Shown: one piece after another, positions 39,631 to 53,200 of the stretch
Layout: every line of letters starts with the position of its first letter
Position numbering within the stretch: position 1 is the stretch's first letter
Source of the DNA: Squalus acanthias
Lineage: Eukaryota
NCBI GenBank assembly: GCA_030390025.1
Contig: CM059436.1
Span: forward strand, 27,962,001-28,026,000
Direction of reading: 5' to 3'
DNA length: 64,000 nt
The notes under the pieces: generated by a model
What the model saw: the letters and a program-made list of their open reading frames with translations, nothing else
Told to the model about the DNA's origin: nothing
The model's database searches: none
Position numbers and translations under genes: made by a program

Positions 39631-42600
39631 AAACTTCTTTAAATGGGTCTGTACTGCAGCAAACATATACCATGGAACAGCAACTGTTAAATTGCATGTA
39701 TTAGAGTGAAATAAATATAAACAGAACAAAAGAAAAATAGATGATTTCATCAGAACTCAGATGATAAACCAATCCATCAATTGTTTCTTTGCTTTAATCC
39801 TAGTAATTGTAAAACATAGAATAGCGACATGCTCTTTTCAATAAAGTGAGGTACACTGCTATTTCTAAAAATAGTGTAATTCAAGGATTAGCCAATTGTG
39901 TAATTGTATTTCTGTGTGTGTGTGTGAGGGGTGTGGGGGGGGGGGCGGGGGGAGAGGATAACATATCATATTATAAATGTATATAACATTAGTAAATGTC
40001 TTTTGCCTTTAAATGCTGAAGGACCTGTCCTGTACTTCTAACATGTTCTGCTTGTATTTCAGGGTGCATTAGCACTGCAGCGAAAGAGAAATCTGGGTAT
40101 CTGGCTACATATCTTCCAGAAGTTAGAAATTTAAGTATTTCGAGAGTGGGAGAGAAGAATCTCTGTTTTCCAAACATTTAAATTAAGGTCAGATAAGTTA
40201 ACAAAATGTCCAGGGTGGCAACGAGGTTTGCACCGCATGGGATTTGCACTCTCCGCCTGTCAAACTAAGGCCAATCCAAAGATTCTCACTCCGTTTCCCA
40301 CCAGAGTCAGATCTGCCCTGACTCCTGATTTACACTGCCTTTATACGACTTCCTTTTCACTTTCCTGTTTCATTATTGATGGACATCGGAATAGTTCTTA
40401 ATATATACTATTATAAATGCATATATTGCATGAAAAGCCAAGTAAGCTGAAATCGCTCCCTTCTACAGTAAAGTTGTACTATAAATGCATCCTTGGATTA
40501 ATAGCATTTGTAATTTTGCTTTTTATTTTTTTTAGTACTTTGCAACTTTGTGCAAATATTCCCGCAAATCTATATACCTGCGCCTATTATCAAATATGCC
40601 TTTCTATTGTGCTATTATTATTTATTAAAGCCATAGAGTTTTTTCAACAACAACGGACATATATCCTACATATATCATACACATATCTTAAGTGCTATAA
40701 ATATGCACAAAGTTGAATTCGCCACTGTTCAATATTTGCACCTCGGAGTTAACCATCAGCACTTTCAGATTCAGAGATTTAAAAAAAGTACCAATAATCT
40801 TATAATTATTGTACTACGTGCTGTTCATTTGGTTAGCATAATTGTCTGAACATGTCTTAAATATTTAGGGTAATGGAATTTACCTAGTTAGTAGCTGGGT
40901 TGCGCTGACTCTCGCGGCATTCTATTTTTACAGTCGTCAACATTTGAATAAACAGACGAGAGTTAATAATGATCACTTGATTATTATTCAGTAACCTCAA
41001 ATAAAAATATAATTATGTAGGAAATAAATAGCAGTTGACTGATTTGTTCAGCATTTTCCGTTTTTATTGCAGATTTCCAACATGTGGAGTCCCCCCCTCT
41101 CCCTCTGGATCTAGTAATCTCCTATTTTCTTCTCGTGAGTTTAGCTATTTTCACACTCAACTTCAAATAGAACGACAATAAGATAACGCGCTATAAACCA
41201 CGAACAGATTACTGAACAGAGGGATGAATCTTTTCAGCGATACACCACGGAGAGCCAGATGTATATAAAAGGTTAAAATAAGTAACGATATAGATATATA
41301 ACGTTATTTATTTTAAACGTGTCTCCTTTTGGTCAGGCCTCCATTACTAGAGGCATATACCGTGGGGCAAACTACTACTTACAATATTGATCTTTATTTA
41401 TGTCTTCAACTGATTTTAAAGGGATGCTCTTTCCTGTGATACATATTCTTACATCTAATTGAATCTAGTAGCTATCGTATTAGTTATATGTTTAAATTCC
41501 TATTGTAACACTTGTCTTATAGGTTACATGCTGTCTGACCCCTAGGTCAAATTCTCAGTCCAGTCACTTAAATTCTGTGCTAAAGTTCAAAGGCACCCCT
41601 CCACAGCTGCGTATTTTCTGTTAGATTTTAACATTCGCATTCAGTCACAAGTGTGCTGGATGTCACGTCAGTCCTCCAAATAAAATAAACCTCTGACCTG
41701 TTATGTACCACTGTTTTCTTCAATTTATCTTTACCGTTGCATTCGATTCAAGGAGTCCTATTTACTTTCCCTTCTCCGGGCGAAGCTGGTCGCTGCGCTT
41801 CGGCCCTTACATGCATCAGCGACTCTTGTGAAAGTTAAACTAGTCAATTTCCAAGGCCAGACTTAAAAGTCAATTATGGTCGAGAGAGCACTGGCACATT
41901 TTGCTCCAACCTTTAAATCTACTACTATGAGGCAGCTTTTCGCATGGACCATATTATAGGTCAAAACAAACGTCTTGTTAATTTTATATACAAAGCACTC
42001 TTATTGGCAAACATAAATGCAAACTAAAGGTAATACCCTTGGAAATATGGTCAACTTTAATGGGAAAACATCGTGTCTCCTATTTAATTAAGTATAATTG
42101 CACGGGAATGCTAGTTTCATTTTCTTGAGTCCTTTTATAGACCTACATTAAAATCGATGCAGAAAATATGGATATAATTTTAATCATTGCTGATTGTATT
42201 GTCTGTTGCACGTTCCTACAGGCATTTCGAGTGTACAGTCAATAATTTTCAATTTATGAAATTGACCTGTAATCTTTAAGTAGGTAGCAGGGAAAGGGAG
42301 CATTTAACAGCATGATAAGATTTCCTTTAAGAAGTGGCTTTGCACGCGCTGGTTTTTAAACATTAAACACCGCTTAACCCTACGAGTTTACTGCTAGATT
42401 TACAACGAGGGAGGAACCAGCGTGGGGGTACTTTTTACAAACTGGTATCGGAGCGACACGATCAAACTTAAAGTTTAGCTTACATGCAGATAAATCAAAC
42501 TTCAAGCTTAACTTCGTCCTCTTTGACTGATCTTGTTTAACAAGTGTAAAATTCAGTTTAAAACCCTATTAAAATGGCCTCTATACCTAAATCCAGGTTT

Positions 42601-42936
42601 GAACATTTATTTAGAATAAACCCAAACACTATTATTTATTTCAACCGTACAAAAAAGTCAATTTAATGACATACCGTCGACAGTATATTATTTCATTAGA
42701 TTTCTGTTAAATAGTTTTACCATCCGAATGACGTGCAAGACTGGTTAACAGTCTAATATAAAATATTGTTACCACTACAACAGAATAAAAGGCAAGATTT
42801 CTTTAATATGACAAAGGAGCTTACTTGAAGTGTTCTCTCGCATGAAAAAAATCGAACCCGAGAAGCTCTCAAAACGTACTAATAAAGCCTGTCAAACTCA
42901 CGTGTCGACATGTTAATCAACCACTGAAATCTTACT

Positions 42937-43095
42937 ACGATAGCAAAATCCCTACGGTCCCTGGCCTTAAATCTATTTGATTTCCGGCTCTTCCCAGTTC
43001 TGATGAAAGGTCTTCGACCTGAAACGTTAACTCTCTTTCTCTCTCCACGGATGCTGCCTGGCCTGCTGAGTTTTTCCAGCGTTTTCTGTTGTTAT
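42937..43095 (+). mobile_element. Short Penelope-like terminal-repeat element with hammerhead core, copy 2
   Basis: Flanked by the 14-bp duplication ACTGAAATCTTACT (42923-42936, 43096-43109). 42999-43095 differs from the reverse complement of copy 1 at only 3 positions. Confidence 0.8.
42996..43032 (+). ncRNA. Minimal type I hammerhead ribozyme motif
   Basis: Stem I AGTT/AACT; core CTGATGA (43000-43006); stem II AGGTC-ttc-GACCT; GAAA (43021-43024); loopless palindromic stem III ACGT; predicted cleavage after GUU (43028). Confidence 0.7.
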
Positions 43096-46069
43096 ACTGA
43101 AATCTTACTGCGTGTTTTAATCTTGATTTATGGGGTTACTTTAATTATTTGCATAATCTTAATTTGTGTCGTGTTAAAAAAAAATTGGTACAGACGAACG
43201 CTGGAAGAGACCACATTTATCTATGACATTTGCGCTGTATTGATTGGAGCGAGTACAGTTTTAGCGATCTGTGAGCTATATTTGTACGGTTGCTCTCTCT
43301 GACTCGCACACAATTAAAAGAAACCAAAATTAACAGAATATTAACCTCACTTGAATGGGTTCACGCAAACTAGTCCAAGTGGGGCGACATCCCCTGGTGC
43401 GATTTAGTAAATGATGTGGATTTAGTAAAGGCAAGGGAATACCAAAACCTCATGGCCCACCTGTAAACTTACCGCCCCCCCCCCCCCCACCCCCCAACCA
43501 AGAAACACAAGCCGTGCAACAGGGAGATTTGTTTTGGTTGTTGTAGGGGCACAATTTGGAAGCGCTCCTTTTCAAGCTGACTTTTTCATTTCTAAATCTT
43601 AAACCAAATAGTGGGCTATTTTCGAGGGACATGCGCAACTCAGCCTGAAGAGCACTTCAGTTGGTTGAGCTTGACAACAATGTCAAAGAGCACTGCATTT
43701 TTAAAGAAGCGAATCCGAGTCATGTAGCGCAGCCACGCGCCCCAAGGCGAGTATAAACTTCACAATGGGAATTGAGAAAATCCTAGCAAACGAGTAAAAA
43801 TCCAACTAAAAGGCGATTTTCCAAATAATTGTGTAAACAAATAACAGTGCAAACCTATAGGGGGCTCTGGCTGTTTGAGTTCATTTTCGAAAGTGGCTGA
43901 ATGTCAACTTGGACAGAAATTCTGCATCTCCAAATAAACGGTCTGCTTCCTTCCTATGCTGAAGATGTGTGATTAACAGTTAGACGTCCAGCCAGAGATT
44001 TTTCCTTCTTCTGTATCTTCCCCCAACCCCCTCGGTTTTACATAAACTTATTGCTGTAGCTTCACGTTACGTAGAGTATTGCAAATCATGATTCTGCTTG
44101 TATAAATCAGTGACCCTCACACACGCAACACATCGCTGTTGCTTTTAACTTGTGTGTGTCAGTTGTCAAGCGGACAATGCACCGACTTCTCTCTTTGTCC
44201 GCGGTGATGGTAAAATCAATGGAAGCCAACTCGTTATTAAATAATGCATGTTTCCCTCTCTAGTCCTTTTTAATTTGGCCCATGAAGTATAAATCAGAGG
44301 AGCTGTCTAACATTTGATTGACACCCTCATGCGTTATTAAATAACTTGGGAAAACTGGTTCTTCTGACTATTTATAACACCGTATTTCCTGTTAGTAGAT
44401 GGACAATACTCTATTTGAAATTACAGTAGGTTATCATATTGTTAATCAACACGTGAATAAATTATAGACTTTGATTATCTAGTATGTGGAAAGCAATATT
44501 TTTCATATGCAACCATTGTAATTAAACGTTTTACTTGCTTACAATGCATAATTGCTGAATTTTAATAGAAGCGTTGCTTCTGTGATAATATGTATTTTTA
44601 TGGCAGTCTCATTAAATTGATTAATCTAAACACTAGTTTATTAAAAATGCATTACCTCTCTCGGCAGCCTGTGTTCTACCAGGTTATTTCGGTCTAAAAT
44701 GGACAATAAATGCAATTCACGTCAAAGTATTAATGTTTTTAAAATACCTTTATGTACTATATTTAGATGCAACTACGCAAGAAAATGCCCCGAAGCACTT
44801 AAAAAAACTCAAAGCAAAATTAATCTCAATTATCTTGCATTTTGCTTCTATTTTATATATAATACTGATCCACATCATAATAAGATTAATGGAACGGGTA
44901 AATATATCAGACTGCTGGGAGAAAATATATTTAATATTCATTCATCGCTACTGTGCATTTACTTTTTAGATAAAGAAGAATATCTATATTAAGTATTTAT
45001 GTAAAAACTACAGTATATAATAAATTCTTCGACACAAAAAGTATTTTGTCTGTGGCGTAAAGCACGATTATTTTAAGGTAAATATTATTCCAAATTAGTC
45101 TAGGTATTAGCATCCAAGCAAATGCTCTGACATACTTCGCAAATCCTGTCAAAGATGGCGAGCGCGACTGCACTAATACAACTTCAACTCAAATTACTTC
45201 CGATTGAGCACGCACAATTAAACACGACTCGCTCTTAATATCAAGGCTCTTCACTTCCCTTTCCCCAAAATAAATACATCTTTCAAATTAAAATAAGAAA
45301 AAAGTTCAACAGAACTGAAAGTAAGAAACATCGCTGTAGTAGAGGATGAGGTAATTGAATATGTTTACTTAACCACAGAAACATTGTATATTTATGAATT
45401 TGTTGCTTCATTGCCCATGTTGCAATACAACACGGGAGTTGGAGTGTTCAGCAGTTAAAGAGTATATAAACATTAAAAACAGCAATACCTTCTACTGAAT
45501 CATAGCATGAGTGAACCAGTAAAGTAACCTAGGCTCGAGGCTACCATGCACGACGACGGTTAGTCTAATAAATGGCACCACTCTCGTCTGCTATTTTGAG
45601 GTAATTTTTATAAAGCGTATCCCGTATATTAGGTTACAGATATGTGATATATAGAGCAGTCGGTTTTCAAGTTGTAATATCCCTTTCAAGCCTGCTCATA
45701 ACCCACCCCCTTCTTATCTGTAACTACGTCACTGTAACCATTTCTTTTCTGTAACACGTTTTTTGTTTTATTGCAGTAGCCTATTTACTGATAAAAAAAT
45801 CGCCTCAGAAACAATTGGGCTACACTCCGATCATGACTGGTAACTGCGTGAACCTTAAAGTGATATAGCATTTCATAATAGACTCTGTAAAATTTAAACA
45901 GAATCGTGGTCATGGAGGATGCCTCGTGATTATTATACCATAACGTTGCTTTAGAACCGAAAGCAGAAAAGATCTATTTTTAACAATGCAAAGATAGTAT
46001 GCAATGACTTCCTGGGACTACGTTATGTCAAAACACCAAACTCGCATAATAGGCTTTCCGAGATGATAG

Positions 46070-46112
46070 TCAGACAGAAAGACAGATAGACATAGACAGA
46101 TAGATAGATAGA
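46070..46112. repeat. (GACA)/(GATA)n microsatellite
   Basis: CAGACAGAAAGACAGATAGACATAGACAGATAGATAGATAGAT. Confidence 0.85.
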
Positions 46113-47381
46113 TTTACAATTGCCACCAGACATCGAAATAAAAGAATTGTCCTAGAGAGCTCAAACCCCAAATTATGTATTGTAAGGGTCTAAGAACAAA
46201 TGGTTGCTGTTACTTATGCTACTTTTATAGTTTTTTTATCCCACGTGTCACATTTGCTGTCGGCTTTATTTGCCCAGTGCAAATTTAAACGTATAATTAG
46301 CTTCATTCGCCATTGCATTTTACTGCAGTGAAAATACTATTGACTATAATACTTTAAACTCAAATTAAGAACCCTCCGCTTACAAGATGCACACAGCGCC
46401 TTCCTTCAATAATACGCAGTATTCTTTATCACCGACCGCGCGTTGCTCAGTACTTTATTGCCAGTGTATGGAGAATAAGAGAAGCCCGATATCGCAGTTT
46501 GTTTTGGCCCACGCGTATATGATCACGTATATCACTTAAGTTACTGCAAGAGGCTTTGGGAATAAAGTTAACTTAAAGAAGGCTTGCATTTCAAGAGGAG
46601 TCAAATGACATTAAAAGCAGTCTGGTCATGCAGCAGTCAGAGTGAACGTGTGTCAGCAATATACTTAACTGAACACTGAAAATTCCGGAATGACCCTGGA
46701 TACCGAACACACACATTAAACTTTTAAGTGTATCTTTCTTTCCGTTTTGTAATTTAAAAACGAGACAATGTTAAAACTAGATTTATATGGCTACACTGTT
46801 ATTTGGGGATATAAAAATAGCTATCATGTGAAAGACATTCGGGGCTACAAGAGCCATCTGTATTTTTGTATAGAACTTAACTTAAATCTGCTTTGTAGCC
46901 GCATAACAGTCAGGAGGGGAGGGGAACTAAATACGTTTTATATTATACTGGCTTAAACAGCAAACGGATTTGTGTGGCTCGTTCTCCCACTTTGGACACT
47001 GATTTGAAGTAAGCAGCAATCATTTTTTAAAGGCCCATTACGTATTTACTTTTTTCTCCAATCTCTTTGTGGTGTATTAAAATTACAACGTCATAATTAG
47101 GCTAAGAATAATTAACTGCAATCCTTACACAAACGCAGTGGTAACTTTAGCATATACCCTACGGTGTGATATTAAAGTGAAGCATATCGCTATAGTAAAG
47201 GCGACAGCTGGAACCGCTGCCATTCATTGTACAACAAGTACATTCTCGCAGTTAATTAAGTATCGTGAAATATAAAACCGTGTTGAAGTCGATATTAAAA
47301 TATATAATTAAGTTGTAGCTAAATATTTGGAGGGGCGGGAGGGAAGAAATCAAACGTTTCAGACTTTAGCTGTGTTCTGTT

Positions 47382-48060
47382 TTTATTATAAAATAAGCAG
47401 GATTTCCCCCCAAAGATTGTAGTCACGTAATATAAACAGTAATAAAACAATTCTTATGCAGCGTGCGAGTATTCCTTCTTCAAGACTGAGATCATTTCTA
47501 ATGCTTGGAGAAATTGCATTATATTTTTACGGATTTTTTTTCAGTCCAATATAGCTGCGATTACACGTTCCACGCATTCTACTACAGGAAAGCCAGCTTT
47601 CTGTACAGTTTTCATCTACATGTAAATGATCTTCCTACAGCGTGTGTTTTTTAATTTTTTTTAGCATATTTTATCAAAACTTAAAATGCTCGTCTTGCAC
47701 GCGATTACAAACCTATTCACTCTTGTAACCTGGATATATAGATATGTGGTGTAATTTTAAGTGGGAGCAAAACTTCGAGATCGTGATTTTGTGACCAGTA
47801 AAATAAAAACTTGTCTGTCTAAACAAAAACATCCTCCATTATATAAAAACCTTAAGACTTTGCTACATCAATCTCTTATGTGTTCTAATACAGTACCTTA
47901 AACCTCGAATAGCTATATCCATCATTCCTTCCCATGGTTGACAAAATATCCACTAAAGTTTTTTTTTATGTACATCGCTTAAATGTCAAGTAAAATATAT
48001 AAAGGATAATCTTGAGAGTGTCTTTAATTGTTCGAAGATAAAAGGAAATTGTTTCGTTTT
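47382..48060 (-). other. SIX2: Predicted SIX2 3' UTR ending near an AATAAA polyadenylation signal
   Basis: First AATAAA I found on the - strand downstream of the stop is at 47387-47382, in AU-rich sequence. The true cleavage site is unknown. Confidence 0.55.
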
Positions 48061-48391
48061 TTACGAGCCAAGGTCAACTAAATTGGATGACATGGGGTTG
48101 AGCATCGAGTCCTGTAATGCATGGTGATGTATAACATCTGAGTTGGGTACTGCAACGGCGCTAGGACCCGGGGGCGCGGACAGGGTGTGCAGTGGCTGCA
48201 GGCTGGTGTTGGAGCTCTGGCCCAGGGATCCCAACAGCAGTGCCGGGCTGCTCGAAGTGTGATCCGGCGTTTGAGATGGAGTCTTTTCCTCGTCCGAGCT
48301 CGCTAACATATTTTTGTTCCCATTCATGGAAGGATTCATTTGGTTGTGGCCGCCGCCTGTGACGTTGGAATTGGAGTTCTCGTTGTTTTCT
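48061..48391 (-). CDS. SIX2: SIX2 coding exon 2 (C-terminal region)
   Basis: Polypyrimidine tract plus ctgcag acceptor ending at 48392. Joins exon 1 in frame (AG|A = Arg) and reads ENNENSNSN...[23 protein letters not shown]...[21 protein letters not shown], closely resembling the SIX2 C-terminus. 560+331 = 891 nt = 296 aa plus stop. Confidence 0.96.
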
Positions 48392-50010
<1,619 letters not shown>

Positions 50011-50109
50011 CTACAGTCGCTACCAGTACTTTTTAGTTGTAGACGCATAAAAAATAATCTTTCTTTCACAGAAGACCCAACATACTGCACTTGAAGACGT
50101 CCAGAGTGC

Positions 50110-50290
50110 TCTCCCTTCGTTTTTAATAATATTATTCTAAGTTGGCATGAATAGTCATTATGTAGGATTTGATTGGTTGGTTATCTGACCTACGGATAGT
50201 GAGGATAAGACAATAGTTAGTCAAATTATTTGCCATGGAGACGCTGTCACTCAAAGTAACCCGATCCCCTTTGAGGTGTCTCCCTTGCTG
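50110..50290 (-). promoter_or_regulatory. SIX2 proximal promoter
   Basis: On the - strand: TATTAAAAA (50128-50120), CCAATC (50176-50171), PBX-MEIS/PREP decamer TGAGTGACAG (50253-50244), SIX/MEF3-like TCGGGTTAC (50264-50256). Two oppositely oriented CTTTGA TCF/LEF cores lie at 50251-50256 and 50269-50274. Confidence 0.65.
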
Positions 50291-53200
50291 AGCTAACAGA
50301 TTGCAGCTCCAGCCCTACCTTGTAATACTGTACCACGTTATGCGATTCCAGCTTGACAATCGAATCGACTGCAGGGAGAACAAGTCCCGCTTTAATTCTC
50401 TTATTACAGACTTATTTTTCTTCTTGTTCTGTTGCTGCCTGGCTGTATATTTATTTGTTTCAGCTGCTTTGACAAGAACCTCGTGGAGCCTCTTCGATGA
50501 TTGACACCGCAGTAAGCCGCACAGGAGAGCGCTTTCTTTTGCGGCAACGATGCCGAAGAACACAAGGGTGGCGCCAGTGATCTGGAAATAACGCGGGGAC
50601 GTGATCGCGGTGGGCTCTGGTATCTGTAGTTACATCTCCGATATTCTGCAATACTTTGACCCTGTTTGTTGAAATACAGCTCCCATAATGCTTTTCTGGG
50701 GGAGGAGAACAATTTTTCATTCGATTGAGGTTGGACAGAACTACTGCATTAATAACCCGGCCATCACCCAGGCATCGCCTCATTATTTTATAGAGAAATA
50801 TGCTAGTATCATAATGCAACTTTAAATAAATTATGGATTTTGAAAACGTGTAATATTACCATCATGCGAACGCGTATAATAATCACAGGTTGGAGTAGTA
50901 TTGGAAGGATGCCTTTATGTAGAAAGTCAGAGGATGGAGATACTATTTTGTTTGCAGACACCTGCATGAATCATTTAGTCAAGAGTTACATTTTGTATGA
51001 TTATTAAATTACAGTTAAACAGCAATACTTTAGCAATGTTAAATGGTTGATGCTATTTTGAGAACCGAAATTTGCAATATGTATGTGATTGTCGTTTTTG
51101 GTGGGAAAGGAGATAAGAGAGCAGAACTGATCAATGTAACATATTGCAAGCTTATTCTTTGAAGCATTTGTATATAATTGTTGGGTTAGCAAGCTTTAAT
51201 TTCATGACACTTGATAACAAAGGGGAGGAAGGGATGGCGATAGTGATGGTGTGTGCTGTGTGTGTGTGTTGGGGAGGGAGGGGGGATGTCGGAATAAGCC
51301 AACAGCTGCTTCTCTTTGCCGGGAGCAATGTTGCAAATCTGCGGTAACCAGTCACAACTTCAGTAAAGACCAGAAAATTGGACCGGCCAAGTGCTTCTCT
51401 ATACTTGTAATCAACTCTTCCAACAACGTGTACGTCAGCAACACTTTGGATCAAAAACAAGGCTAGAATGTACCTATCGAATTAACAAAACAAAGCGTGG
51501 ATCCTTATTCCGACAAGCTTTACTTTCAACGCCGCGACTAAGCCTTGCATTGCAGCTTCTGTATATTTCCCACACGGGAGTGGTTTGTTGCTACATAACG
51601 TTGGTAATATTCTCTCCTACTTAGTAATAGCTGGAAAACCTTGCCTTTCCCGCCCTTTAACAAATAGGATGAGTTGCTCAGAAGAGTTTATCAGAAAACA
51701 AAGGCTTTAACAGCTGTTAGCGAGTTGTCAATTCACTCCACATCCCTACCTTGGGGATCTGTGATAATATAGAAACTTCAACATTACCATACAACTGGGT
51801 TAAAACTGTTCCTGTTTTATTCGAACCTGCATTTTAGTATTTACAAGAGTAAACTATTCCTGAAAAATAACATTTATGTTGTGTTTTTCGAGCACAACAA
51901 ATACATTTTACGCTGTGGTTACAGCTTAATTACCCATATTTATTTAACTTCTGAGTAGAGTGTAAAATCTACCTCACTTATGTTTCCACCACATTTTCCT
52001 CGCTCTCAACTGATCCGCCACATCCTGTTCATTTATCTTCCTTGAATTCGGAAGCTCCTTTCTTCTTATTCCAAATTATTTATTTTTGATTCTTTTAAAA
52101 CGGCACTGGTTTTTTAGGCTTTACAGAAACTCTCCACTATATTTACCAATAATGAGCGGTTGTGCGTTTTAATTTGACGTGATGTAAGATAACATATTAT
52201 TAATCTCCAAAAGTATGCATTTTTGTTATGTTTCAAGTATTCAGTTCATTGATACCTATTTCCACAATCAATACAAGCTATAACTTGTGTGCGATTTTGT
52301 CACATGGAAGAACTAATTCTGGTCTGGTGTGAATTGGGATAGTGCTAAAGTGGGTCGTCCCTTTGCATAGACAATGCTGAAGATTCATTCCGTTATTAAT
52401 ACTCCAAAGACCCGAGGGCAGAATCAAATGATGCGCCTTTTCATGGCAAGTAGAGCTGTAGAATATTTTTGTGTACTTTATGTTTACATATACACAAATA
52501 ATGCACATACATTATTCAACGGATTTAGTCGGCTATTTTGGAAGTACTCAAAGTGTCAGTGTTTTATTCATAGCGAGATCAATTGTACTATAATGGAAGT
52601 CAACATATTTTTTTATCCGGAAGAGAGGGAGAAAAGGAAAGAGCGAGAGAGAATAACAATACGGCTGTTTCCGCATTAGCTCTGTCACTTATACCAATTA
52701 GGTTTGCTTATCAAGAGTTTGGATCTTAAAACAACAACACTAAGGCATATTCACCCTAATTCACTCCATACGCTGGGTTGCTTGTTTCGCCCATAGTGAC
52801 ATAGCACCACTGCAATGAGAAACGCAAAGGAATCAAACAATACTAACAATACAACGGTGGAGTTAATAAAGGGACACATCAGATGTCTAATTATTAGAAA
52901 CTGGGAAATAGAATCCTGGAAATAATTTTTAAAAACTCAAAATATATTTTAAACTGTGATGCAGCTGCAGCCCATGATTCAATATTGTTTCTCAGGGAAC
53001 ACCAATATAGAAAAATTGTTATAGTTATAAAAAAGGAACACATGGAAAATCTCATCGGCGTTCTACCAGCTACGATTTCATTATGATTCAAAGTTAATCC
53101 TCGTCTTTTAGCGGAGAGCAAAATGTAGCTAATAAACAACGATCAGAGAAAACGGAAAGCTTCGGTGGGCAAGCAGCGAATGACAGACTCAATGACGATA

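Noticed and set aside
50561-50575. CTCF-like CACAAGGGTGGCGC upstream of SIX2 (also 34314-34326 and 41345-41357)
   Set aside because: The 5' half of the core matches poorly, so it cannot be distinguished from chance.
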